Part shown: positions 28,390-39,900 of the stretch, in pieces | Position numbering within the stretch: the stretch's first letter is position 1 | How the letters are laid out: every line of letters begins with the position of its first letter | Assembly (NCBI RefSeq): GCF_024521635.1 | Contig: NW_026250431.1 | Span: forward strand, 62,001 to 126,000 | Source: Tricharina praecox | Taxonomy: Eukaryota | Length of the DNA stretch: 64,000 nt | Direction of reading: 5' to 3' | Program-made: the position numbers and the translations under genes | The notes under the pieces: generated by a model | Told to the model about the DNA's origin: nothing | Seen by the model: only the letters and a program-made list of their open reading frames with translations | Databases searched by the model: none

Positions 28390-28880
28390 CCACCCCTGGT
28401 GGGTGGCTTGGAAACCCAAGAGCTCAAAGGACTTGAACCCGATTTGAGCCTGGAGCTTTGCCTCAGCTCCTCTCGCCAGTTACGTGGCCTAGGTAGTAGA
28501 CTAATACCACTATGTTACGCGGGGGTTGTTTCCTTGTTGGGCGGAGAGCAATACTAGGGAACCAGTATCGAGCTCGTGGTCAGTGGTCGGTGCCAACAGC
28601 CATGTTGAAGCAGATTTTTAATCTACCAAATTCGAATGCGATGATAGTCAAACTAAAAAACAACGCCACCAGCACAAGCTGTGTATCACGTGGTAGTTTC
28701 TGCCGAGTGATATCGCATGCTCTACCCGTCTTGCCAAAACCCAAAAACCAAAACTATCACCCCGGTGGGGGGCTTGAAAACCCTAAGAGTTGACAGGGCT
28801 TTCACCCGGGTTTAAACCGGAGAAATTCCCTCAACTCCCCTCGCCGATTGCATAGCCTAGACCACTGGACCACGCGGGGT
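28390..28880 (-). other. Two degenerate tRNA-like or SINE-like copies (~28390-28525 and ~28755-28880)
   Basis: The 28755-28880 copy reads CCCCGCGTGGTCCAGTGGTCTAGG (A-box/D-arm-like)...GGGTTTTCAAGCCCCCACCGGGG (B-box-like, acceptor-stem-like closure) followed by a T-run. No clean anticodon arm. Confidence 0.35.
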
Positions 28881-29079
28881 TATTTCCGTGCTGGATATAT
28901 GAATTTGAACCTCGTAAAGTGGTGCATGCCAACCCGCGATGGATAATAACAACACAACGACGAAGCGACGTCCGTCAAATAAAATCTCCATCGCCTTGCC
29001 ACCGCTGCACCACATTTATCATAGTAGGCGGACTGTACGGCGTAAGTTTCTAAGTCTCCGGTGCTCCGCCTAGGCATCC

Positions 29080-29460
29080 GGAATACAAAGGAAAAAACAA
29101 AACTTCGAACAAAAGCTCGAACAAATTCCCCTTCCTCTCTCAGTATTTCGTCTCGCCTGGAGAGGCCATGGGTGGTGGCGTCGGTAGAGCAGAAGCCTTG
29201 GCCCCCCCTCCGCCACCATATCCCCTTCAATGTCCAGGCTGATAGCGTCTTGCGCTCTCCTCTCCTCTAGCTGTTCGGGTTCCCTCTGTGCCCGCTCGCA
29301 TTCTGAGGACTCGATGGCCACTGACCCTTCCTGAACCGGGAGAGCTAGTCTCCCTACATGTGTTGTTTCTAAGAACTTTAGGATTGCGTCGCTGCAGCTC
29401 TTGCCAGCAAATAGATGGTGAATCCTGAAGCGATGGGGCCAGGTGCTTACCAACGACGTC
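29080..29460 (-). mobile_element. LINE 3'-end relic, same family as 23365 and 50370
   Basis: RFRIHHLFAGKSCSDAILKFLETTHVGR...SECERAQRE aligns with the RDLFADERCS*AILDFLSTT...SEWERSERE relic at 50450-50600. Confidence 0.6.
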
Positions 29461-29833
29461 GATCATGTAAACCTCGAGTGAGATGGAGTGAAGAAGTCTG
29501 CAAAGTTCTTCCACGAGCAAATTGGACATTCTCTCTCCTCTAAAACCCCTCAGTTATTTCCGTCATGGAGTATCGGCCAGCTTTATCATGGCTGGAATGT
29601 CAGCCACTTCATCTGGTGTCTCATATTACCCGTGCTTGAAATTTTGTGGTTCGACTCACCCGCGCAAATATAACCATCACTCTGTTACCTACTTCACCAC
29701 CAACGCGCCCAAACCAAAACGTAAATGTCAAAAGTTGGGTTTGAACCGTAGCAAAAGAGCGTACTCCCCAAGGTTACTACACTTGTTACGGTGCGGACCT
29801 TGAATACCGGGAGCCGGTACCCTCACCACTTGG

Positions 29834-30138
29834 CAGTGTTCGACATAGACCAGACCGGTTGGCCGACCGGTTTGGTCGGTCGGGATAAAATTAAGCAGAC
29901 CCGACCTGGGCTTTAGTACATCGAGATATATCCTGACCGACCTGACCTTACCAGGCTCGATCGGCCTAGGTCGGCCGACGTCCGGTTAACTGTTAATCCT
30001 ATCAGCCGCAATGTTTTCCTTAGTTTCTGGCGCTCGTTATAGCATTTACGACGTCAAATGTTGTTTCTTAGCCTGACCTATCCCGACCAGACCAGACCAT
30101 GACCAAATTTGGTCGGGACTGGTCTATGTATAACACTG
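29834..30138. mobile_element. hAT-type MITE (305 bp), same family as 24602-24776
   Basis: Ends CAGTGTTCGACATAGACCAG and CTGGTCTATGTATAACACTG; shared GTCCCGACCAAATTTGG; TSD degraded. Confidence 0.8.
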
Positions 30139-30439
30139 CCCCCGGGGATACTCACAGCCAACGGCGATCTCAAGCTTGCATCAGAGCTGTATATTTATCA
30201 CCTGAAACGTCAGTACGATATTCGAGCAAAGCCATATCCGCACGACTAACCTTAGGATAGTCTCATCATCTACAGTGTGCTGACACGCAACCATCTGATT
30301 AATTTAAGCAGGGTACCAGGCGGCCTTGCTATGAAACTCCTATAGCTAGGTAGGCCGTATTCGTGCTCGATTCGTTCCGTATGAGCATCCGTTGTGTTTC
30401 GATGCAGTGCCATCAGAGTCCGATAACTTTGGCAGGCTG

Positions 30440-32465
30440 AGAGTCCCCACCATGCTACTGCATAATAAAGCTGCAGCTATGAACCGTGAAGGAGGGTAGA
30501 CCTTGTCGACATGTTAGAATTCTTGAAAATGGCCACCAGAGCATAGGATACTCACCACACTTCTCCGGCCCCAATCTTGGCTTTTCTCTATATTGTTCTT
30601 CAAATAGTTTTAGGCTAAGAAACGTCATCATCAGGCCTTCCGCTGCTTCAGCTTCAGGTTTGTTCTTGCCGACGGTTGCGGCGATGTACGTTCCGTGAAG
30701 GAGGGTAGACCTTATCGACATGTTAGTTTTCTTCACGAACGGGAAACCAAGCAGGGGGTGTTTACCACACTTCGACGGTCCCAATCGTGGCCTTTCCCCA
30801 TGCGAATCCTCAAGTAGATTTAGGCTAACAAGCGGTATCATCAGAGACCTTCCGCTGATCGAACTCCTGTTTTGTACTTGCGATCGACACCGGCTACTAT
30901 GATGCTAGATTTCTGCAAAAAGGCAACCTAACCATAGTATACGCACCACACTTCGCGGGTCGCAATCTTGGCCTTTCTCCATATGGTTCTTAAAATAGTT
31001 TTAGGCTAAGAATTTAAGAAACGTCATCATCAGTCCTTTAGCTGCTTGAGTTTCAGTTTTGTTCTTGCAGACGTTTGCGGCTATGAAAGTACCGTGAAAG
31101 TGAGTAGACCTTATCGACATATTAGTGGTTGCTTCAAGAACAGGCTTTCAAAACAAAAGATATTTACCATACTAGTACGCGGGCCATACTTTCAGGCACC
31201 CATCCATTTGGTTCTTCATGTAGGTTGAGGCTCAGAAGCGGCATGATGAGACCTTTAGCAGCTCGAGCTCCAGTTTCGTACTTGCAAGCGATAGCGGCTA
31301 CTATGTACCGTGAAGGAGGATAGACCTTACCGACGTTTTAGTTTTCTTCAAGAACGGGAAATCTAAGCAGAGGATATTTACCACACTTCACCGGCCATAA
31401 CTCCTTGCCTGGATCCTCGTGGTTCCCCACCGACTCTGACAGGTTCGGGTTCAGGAGTGCCGACGGAGTGTGGCATCTTTGGAGGGCTGAGTGTTCCCGT
31501 CATGCCACGGTATGTGGCTACAGCTATGGGCCGTGAAGGAGGATAGACCTTTCTGAAACGTTAGTACCTTTGGCAATACGGCCATTCAAAAAAGGATACT
31601 TACCACACTTCACCAGCCAGAGCTTCTCGCCCATCGCTATGCGATTCGTCACCTAACTGGGAGACAGGCAGGCTAGCCAGCGGAATCACCAATGTTTGGA
31701 AGCCGCTTCTCCAGTCATACTACTACTACGCAGGTATCTGCGGCCAAGGCAACGAAGGAGGGTAGACCTTTCCAGATGTTAGTAAGTGTCACGAACAGAT
31801 ACATTCGAAGATGAAGTTTCGACGTACCACACTTCGCCAGCGATGACTCCGCGTTTCTCTCGCAATAGGGATCTTCACCCCTCCCAAATCATCGGCGATT
31901 GAGAAGCGCCGGCATCTGACAGCTTTGACAGCATTCCAGTTACCGTAGTTGGCTACAACTATTGACTATGAAGGGGGTACACCTATTCACAGCATCAGTA
32001 GTTACCTCACTTCACAAGCCATAGCACTTCACCTTGCTAATTGCCGTGCTTCACGTATCTCGAACAGGTTCCGGCCAACGGTCGCTTCATCCGGCGTCAA
32101 CGGTAGACTCAGCTCCCATCTCATCGTCGTTGATGACTGCGACTGCGGGCTGCGGAGAAGGGTAGACCTGGCGGGAAGTTAGTAAACCATTCCAGGAGAC
32201 CGGACATTGATGGGACGCACCAAACTCCACAGCTAACCGCACCTAGACTTGCCCGATGAATCGGTAAAGATTCAAGATAGACGGCGATAAGTTTTAATCG
32301 CTTCCCTCGTAACGACTATTGATGGCTGTCAGTCAACGAGCCCGGATTGCCTACCGAATATCCGAACGAAGAAGGGTCAGACAGTTGATTCGAGGCTGGA
32401 CGGCCGAAACCGGCGCAGCGTGATGGTAAATGCGGATGTGGCGGAACGTACCTTTGAGACTTCAT
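30440..32465 (-). other. Tandem array of about 9 exon+intron units (~210-bp period) with no continuous reading frame; candidate spliced ncRNA or pseudogene
   Basis: Repeated GAAGTGTG|GT...CTAA...AAG|GTCTAYCCTCCTTCACGG. Acceptors at ~30501, 30710, 31109, 31325, 31548, 31767, 31982 and 32167. Introns ~55 nt, exons mostly 155-167 nt. Confidence 0.7.
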
Positions 32466-33286
32466 CTTGTTCTATTTTGTTGTTGTGAAGTGAAGTGGAG
32501 GGACGGTGAATCGTTGCAGGGGGCGGGGTGAGCGACCCGGAGACTCCCCTGTCGGATGGGCGCTATCCTGAGCTGAGCCGCATCACATTGCGCGGCACGT
32601 GTCCGTGACATCACGTTTTCAATTGAAGAAAGAAAAGCCAAATCATCGAGCACGTGTATCGAAAGCCTTTCCGCAAGATGTAGCGTATCCTGCTCATATC
32701 TGAATTTCATCATTGTTATTCTACGCTTGAAATAATATATCCGAGAAGTGGGATTGCAGAATATCACACAAACAGCCCCTTCATGTGTGAGACCTAATCT
32801 TGTGAGAGCAATGATGAACACGCTGAACTTTGAAGGCCCTTCTATATTTATATAGATAATATACCTGCTATTGAGAGACAGACTCGTCGGCGAGACCAGA
32901 CAGTAGACCAGACAGCAAGACATACGATATCTCAGTCCCGTCGGACATCCTTACAGTTACTGGTGGAATGATTCCGTCCAACACCCACCTCCGGACGTAC
33001 TAGACCGGACTAGGTATGTAGAAAACTGGATGTTGTCGACCCGGACCCAGGCAATGCGCCGAGGTCGACACAGAATCATACTGGCCAGTGGCCAGAAAGT
33101 CACGCAAGGCGAAAACACAGCGTGCAACGAAATTTTCAATTCCAATTCGATCGCCCACAGTCACACCGTCAGATTCCCCATGCCACCAACCCCTCCAAAG
33201 ACAAAGAACTCAAGCAGCCAGGAAAACTTTATCGTACCCCCCGAACCTCCCCCCTTGTCCGAGATGGTGTGTTTCAGCCGTTAGGC

Positions 33287-33515
33287 CTACTTCGTCTCGG
33301 CCTCATCGCCCTATTAAAGAAAACCATTTGGTCAGCGAACAAACGTTTTTCCCGACTCCTAGCGGTAGATTGGGGTTTGGGGTTGGGTGTAATGGGGAGC
33401 TTACGCAAGGAAGGCAGCCTCCGCAGCCGCAACCATCGCCGCAGCCGCACTTCTGGGGTCCGCCGCAGCCGCACATGCAGACGCGGTCAACGAGTTCGAT
33501 GGGTCCGGAGAGCAT
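33287..33515 (-). CDS. Metallothionein-like protein, copy B (44 aa; exons 33405-33515, 33287-33310)
   Basis: MLSGPIELVDRVCMCGCGGPQKCGCGDGCGCGGCLPC|GDEAETK*; GTAAGC...CTGAC...TAG intron; TATAAAA about 155 nt upstream. Confidence 0.85.
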
Positions 33516-34219
33516 CTTGCCGGTTGGTGTTGTTAGAGACGTAGGATTAATTTGTTGGGAGCGTTGTACGGTTGTATCGAACTCGAGGACTTGTTGTTTT
33601 GTGTGAGTGATAGTTTGGTTAGCCGGTGAGGTGAAGAAGGAAAGTTGGGAGTTGGGAGTTGGGGGTATTTTATACCTGTTTTTGAGCGGCGAAAAATGAA
33701 CAAAGAAATCTAGGTCGCCGACGGATAATAGAAGGACAGTAAAGTGTACTGATGAAACCAATGCGGGTCAAGGCAGATATGGTCGCATCGAGTGATGTCG
33801 AAAGCATTCGGAGGCACATACTTGAACACAATTTCCCCGGGTAAACCTGTATCAGTCGGTGGACTTCCGGTTGCTAGATGTCCAGTATCTCTTGCACATT
33901 ATCATCAGTTGCCGACGCTCGTATACGACCTCTGCACCAGAGAGAGACCCTACATCCAGTCCGTCCAAAGGATGATGCCAGTGTTCTCCATTGCCCGGCA
34001 TTGGTGAAACAAAGTGCCACTCTTTTCAGCACTTACCGCACCAAGAAATTGAACTTCCTCCAGTAATAGTTGTTAAAGTTTGGGCGTCCGAAAGCGGTCG
34101 ATAACGGCCGCAGCAACTGGGTGTCCGGAAGCGGTTGATGACAACCACAGCAATGTTGAAAGAGTTGGGCGTCCGGGATGTCTCCCAGACGGTCGCAGCA
34201 ATTCTGGCAGACAACAGAA

Positions 34220-34390
34220 ATGTTGACCGCCGACTGCAATGTTGGCCGCCGACTGCAATGTAGGCCGCCGACTGCAATGTTGGCCGCCGGCTGCAATGTT
34301 GGCGGAAGGCTGCAATGTTTGCAGACGGAAGTAATATTGGCGCAAGGCAGCAATGTTGGCGGAAGGCAGTAATGTTTGCAGACAGCAATA
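34220..34390. repeat. 19-bp tandem repeat (GCCGCCGACTGCAATGTTG-like, about 9 copies), probably a TE subterminal relic
   Basis: Directly visible; lies in a segment absent from the sister metallothionein unit. Confidence 0.8.
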
Positions 34391-35347
34391 ATTTTGGTAG
34401 AGAATGTATGGGCGCGCGCCGTCATCTGTATGCTGTACCAAGACCTATGGGAGGGACTTCAGAGTCCAGATTCTGTGTATAGAGGACCTCCAGTCCGGCA
34501 AGACTGGAGAACAAGAGAACATTTATCAACCATTACATCTTCTTCTATCTAACACTCTTTTATTACCGTACTTTTATACAAATGTCGCCCTTATTATGTA
34601 CCATTTTTCGCTGTACTTGTACCAGTGTCGACTGCAGTTTTGTCACAGCAGATCTGAGCGAGTGTGCGAGAGAGATCGAGAAGTTATTGCTTAGATACAG
34701 AAGAGAATGAGAATGAACGGGCAACAGAGAGAGTACTATATAAACAGATACAGAGAAAGAAAGAAACTAAATTCCGTCATTTCCATCCTCCGAGGTTGTG
34801 GCATGATATCTCCCCTCATGATATCACAGTTAATCATTCATCATTGAGTCGGTCAACGAGTCGCTCATTGAGTCGATCATTGAGTCGATCACTCGCCAAT
34901 CACTCGCCGGCCTTGATGCTCGAGGATATTAAACAGGATTCCTTCACCGACATGCGGTCCGTTCCGTTGGACCTCACTGGCAGACAAGGTAGGTACTCCA
35001 TTTCACTCACACTTCCGGACGGACTGGATGTATGTAGTGCAGTCCCTTCCACGAGTCCGAACTATGTAGAACGCTGGATCATGATCATTGATGTCCCCAC
35101 ACGGGCCCGGGCAATACGCAGGGATCGAAACAGTAGGTATCATAGTACATACTAGCCAGAAAGTCACAGAAGGCGAAAACACAGTGTACAACGAAATTTC
35201 AATTCCAATTCGATCGCACAGTTACGCCAGCTCCCCCACTTTGCCAACCCCTCCGAAAACAAAGAGATCAAACAGCCAGGAAAACATCGGCGAACCTCCC
35301 ATCTCCCATCTCCCATCTCCCGAGGTCGTGTGCTTCAGCCGTGAGGC

Positions 35348-35584
35348 CTACTTCGTCTCACCCATGTCGCACTTGTCGCACTTGTCGCCCTTGTCGCCCT
35401 CGTCGCCCTCGTCGCTTTGGGTCGTCACCATTGTCAGCATAGTCTTAGCAGTTAGATGTGGATGGTGACGTACGCAAGGCAGGTAGCCTCCACAGCCGCA
35501 GCCCTCGCCGCAGGCGCACTTCTTGGGGCCGCCGGAGCCGCACATGCAGACGCGGTTGACGAGCTCGGTGGGGTTTGAAATCAT
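35348..35584 (-). CDS. Metallothionein-like protein, copy C (acceptor mutated; 78 aa if the intron is read through)
   Basis: MISNPTELVNRVCMCGSGGPKKCACGEGCGCGGYLPC... Acceptor CAG|GGC of copies A and D is CAAAGC here, two Cys are lost, and the intron is open in frame. Confidence 0.6.
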   Translation of the reverse strand: MISNPTELVNRVCMCGSGGPKKCACGEGCGCGGYLPCVRHHPHLTAKTMLTMVTTQSDEGDEGDKGDKCDKCDMGETK

Positions 35585-36329
35585 CTTGATGTTGGTTGGT
35601 GGTGTTAGAGACGTGGGGTTGATTTGTTGGGGAGGTGATATGGAGGTATCGTATGGATGGATCGTATCGAAACGGAGGACTTGTTGATTCGATTAATGAT
35701 GATTTGGTGTGTGAGGTGAAGAAGGAAAGTTTAGATCTTGCGAGTTGAGAGGTATTTTTATAACTAATTCGAGCGGCGAAATACGAACATAGAAAGCTAG
35801 GTCGTCCAGCGGATAATAGAAGGGTCCACCAAATCCGCTAGCAAAACCAATGTGGGTCGAGGCGGACATGTTGAAAACGAGTGATGTGAAAAGCATTCAC
35901 GTGTACTTGAACATAATTTCCCCAGCGGAACCTGTATCTGTAGGTGAATCCTCTCCCGTTAGGTCTCCAGCATCGTATCTACATCCTCTTCACCTCCAGG
36001 TGCTCGTACACGACCTCTGCACCTAAGCGAGACGCTACATGTAGTCCGTCAGTTTGCCGGACGGGGTTAGACTGTAGTCCAGCATGAGCTTTTCAGCACT
36101 TACACCACCAATTGAGCTTCGTCCAGTCCCAGCCGCTCCACTATCTTTTTTCAGTACCGGCAATGGCGGCGTGATCTTCATGTTTCATCCAGTGCACTCA
36201 GGTACTATATTCATACTTCACTTACCTCCCTCAACCACTACATGCAACCACTGATAAAATGCGCAGAAGTATCTCTCTTGTACTCTCACACAAATATCGC
36301 ATTATTACCGTTTTTCGCTGTACTTTTAC

Positions 36330-36478
36330 CAGTGTCGATTGCAGTCCGTCTCATCCGCGCTTCTGGTGGACTATGTCTGTAGTCTGTCCACCACACATCT
36401 CCGGACGGACTGTATGTAGATAGTCCAGTCCCGTCCATGGGTCCGGACTTAGGGCCGGACTATGCATTTAGAACACTA
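36330..36478. mobile_element. Degenerate hAT-MITE-like relic duplicated with the metallothionein units (also ends at ~33029 and spans ~34623-35077)
   Basis: CAGTGTCGATTGCAGTCCG...CGGACTATGCATTTAGAACACTA; GGAC/GTCC subterminal repeats. Confidence 0.55.
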
Positions 36479-36713
36479 GGTGATGTCTACGCGGACACGG
36501 GCGATACACCGGGGTCGTTACAGAAAAATACGTGGCAAGTCACCGAATGCGAACACAGTATATAACGAAACCGCAATTCCAATTCGATCGCACAGTTACA
36601 CCAGCTCCCCCATGCCTATACCCCTCCGAAAACAAAGAGACCAAATAGCCAGGAAAACTTCAGCGAACCCCCCATCTCCCATCTCCCCAGGTCGTGTGCT
36701 TCAGCCGTGAGGC

Positions 36714-36931
36714 CTACTTCGTCTCGCCCATGTCACCCTTGTCGCCCTTGTCGCCCTGGGTAGTCACCACTGTCAGCATGGTCCTATGTAGTAGTCGGTT
36801 ATGGGTGGGTGGTGACGTACGCAAGGCAGGCAGCTTCCGCAGCCGCAGCCCTCGCCGCAGGCGCACTTCTTGGGGCCGCCGCAGCCGCACATGCAGACAC
36901 GATTGGCGAGCTCGGAGGGGTTCGAAATCAT
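36714..36931 (-). CDS. Metallothionein-like protein, copy D (50 aa; exons 36821-36931, 36714-36755)
   Basis: MISNPSELANRVCMCGCGGPKKCACGEGCGCGSCLPC|GDKGDKGDMGETK*; GTACGT...CTGAC...CAG intron. Confidence 0.85.
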
Positions 36932-39900
36932 CTTGATGTTGGTTGGTGTTGTTTGAGACGTAAGGTTGATTTGTTGGGGGTGTGGTGTGGTTGTTTAGAA
37001 ACGGAGGACTTATTGTTTCGTGTGAGTGATGCTTTCGTGGGTAGGTGAGGTGAAGAAGAAGAGGTAAGAGTTGGAAGTTGGGGGGATTATCACGGTTTCA
37101 GGCGGCGAAAAGAGAACATAGAAAGTCTAGGGCGCCAGCAGATAAACTAGCGAAATCAATATGGGTCGAGGCAGATTGGGTATCATCGAGTGATATAAAA
37201 AGCATTCGAGCGTACTCGAACCCACCTGTATCAGTGGGTAAATTCCTGCTGGCTACCTAGATCTCCGGCATAGCTTCAGTATTCTCATAGCTTGTAGGCG
37301 CTCGTTCATAACCTCTGAAGCAGCAAGATGACTCGTTTTCTCTCGTATCACCGAGGGCTTTAAAAGTACCAGGTGGAGACGATAATAGATGGTACCTACG
37401 AGGATAGCAACAACCAAGTCAGGACATCGAGGGATACCGCTGTGTAGAACTTCTACGGTTTTACTCCGCGTGCTCATGCACTGCCATAAACTTTGCAACC
37501 TCCCGGACGTGTAGCGGAAAGCCACCAGGACATTAGGATTTCTAGGTATTCTCTAGTGTTAGCTCTGGCTTCCTCCCTTACACAGTAAAAAGCCATGAAT
37601 GAGCGGCCGCAGCTCCCACAATGAGATGGAATTCATACAACCTCTGCAGAAATAACCTGCGAGACAATTGATCGGTTATGATCTGTTGTATGCGCCACAA
37701 AGCCACACGAAGCCACAGCGCCACCGTTAGGCGCCGAAAGCCACTTTCCGCCAAGGAACGCTATCATGAGCCACACGAAGCCACAGAAGGCCACGATGCC
37801 TCACCAAGCGGCACTCGCTGCAATGACGTAAAGGTTTGATGTCTTGGCTCCCAGCTGTCGCGTGTTCGGAGCTCGCGTTTGACGGTTGTCACGGAAGCAC
37901 GACTTGCAGCATCACCACACTCTCTCTAAACCTTTGACTACGGGCTTATCGACGGCGATTACGGACAGTCCTACGATGGCAAAAGGCAAAAGGCACGCGA
38001 GATGAAACACAAATTTATCCATGAGAATCCAAATTGCGTGTGAATGAAGAGCAGCAGCGGTGGGTGGCCGTTCAGTTTCAATCGTCTCACTTCATCGCGT
38101 GAAGATCGGCGACATGCGGAGGTTTGCTAATGGTGATAGTCATGATAGATATCGGATAGGGCTCCGGCGAGGCGAAGCGAGCGAGTCGGTCGGCCGGCCG
38201 GGCGGCTGCGACGGGTCCCCCCACAAACAAACAAACGAATCGATCATGACCGTGCGCGAGCGCGATCTTGCAGATTCGTCAGGAGATGGATGTTTGGCGC
38301 GACCGGTTATCGACATTCCTGCACCAAGAGCACGGACGGGATCACGACTAACGGGCTGCCCCACGTCCTGCGGCCTGCGGGGACTGGCGAGGACTGGCGA
38401 GGATGAGGTGGTTGTCTGGGGATTCACGGATGGTGGGGGTTGATGAGGCGTTTGGAGGAGTACTTATGTCAATGGAGCGTGGTGGTGTATCTCTACGGCC
38501 GAATAAAGAGCATTACAAAGTGAGTTGAGATCGAGAGCATACGGAGTCGATGGGAAGAAGTGGTTTCGTTGGATAACGCGGCGAAATATAATCGCCGTCG
38601 CCATCGTGGCCCCGAAGCGTTGCGCGTTCGATGCGATGGATCCGTTTGCAAGCTCCCACGTGGGTTGAAGGGTTCAACGGTGCTCAGGGGAAGGAAACAC
38701 GCGCGTTCCCGCACGGTGCTGCCGGATTGAAACGCGACCGGCTTGTTTGTGGGTGATGTTATCGAGCGGCCGGATCGCGATGGTTTAAGCGGGACGTGCT
38801 GAGGCTGTGCGTAAACAGCGGGTGGGGGCCGTTGGTGGGGGCGGTGCGGAGCGATGCGCTGAAACAGTGGCGGGCGGGAGCACTTGCTTGTTTCCCTTGT
38901 TCGCCAGTCCGTCGTCGCGTGTTTCCGGTCCAGAGTGGGTCGCATACCCGGCAGATTCGACGTCCCTTGCGCGCCCTGTTCTGTTCCGTGGCTGGGCCGT
39001 GATGTCCTCAGAGATGGAGATGCGCCCTCGGTCTGCGCCTTGCACCGCTTCTTCTTTGCTTCCTCGAGCTCCGGCCAATCCGACTGAGTGCAATGGCATT
39101 CTGCAGCGCAGAGTAGCGCAGACATCCGCTGCGACGAGTGTTCTTCGTCATCATCTTCTGCTTCACCTTCTTCTTCTTCTGCCCATGTCGTGTCGCTCTT
39201 TGCCACTCTCTCGCACCGTGCGCATTCTTCTTCTGCGTTGTCCGAACTGCATGCACGCGGGTTTTGCATAAGTAGTAGTTATACCTAACTCACCGTGCGT
39301 GCTCGACTCGCCCACTGTCACCATCGCTAGTTCCCGTGCATCGCCGTCGCTGAATTGCGCCTCTCTCCCATTCATTGATTCCCGTCCGTGTCCGAGCTGT
39401 GTTGCGCAGTGAGAGGCGGATGCTCGTTCGTCGTTCGAATAACAGCAAAAAAGTAAATAACTTCTTCCATACGATGCGCCTTCATGACTTATCCGTCGGC
39501 TATCCCTTTCGCTGCTAGTTGTTGTCGTTATAAAGCCAGGTGTGCGGCCGCGGCTTTATGCAGTAGCCAACTCTGTAAGCCTATCCGAACCCCATCATCC
39601 CCATCCATCGTCCACCACTCAAAGCGATCCCAATCCGCGAACTCCACATCCACCGCTACAACCACCAACCACCAACCACAACCACCAACCTCCACCACCA
39701 CTCCCCACCCTCAACGCTCCCCTCCGTGATGGCGATATAGTCAGCACCGACTTCCTCCCCCGACTTGCGCCCTCCCGCTACTTCAAACTACACCCGCTCC
39801 CAAATACCTAGCCGCTGCCTCCGCCCCTCCCCCTTACATTCTACATTCCTCTCGCAATCCGCACGTCCCCTTCCCCCACCCCAACAGCTCTCCCCTACGA

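Noticed and set aside
30440..32200. CRISPR-like repeat/spacer appearance (also 21625-21800 and 34220-34390)
   Set aside because: Eukaryotic context with no cas genes; spacers are homologous to each other and the repeats are splice junctions or simple minisatellites
38493..39269. 258-aa minus-strand ORF
   Set aside because: Low-complexity, no recognisable domain or supporting splice structure; lies in the upstream region of the UBX gene, though a divergent orphan gene is not excluded
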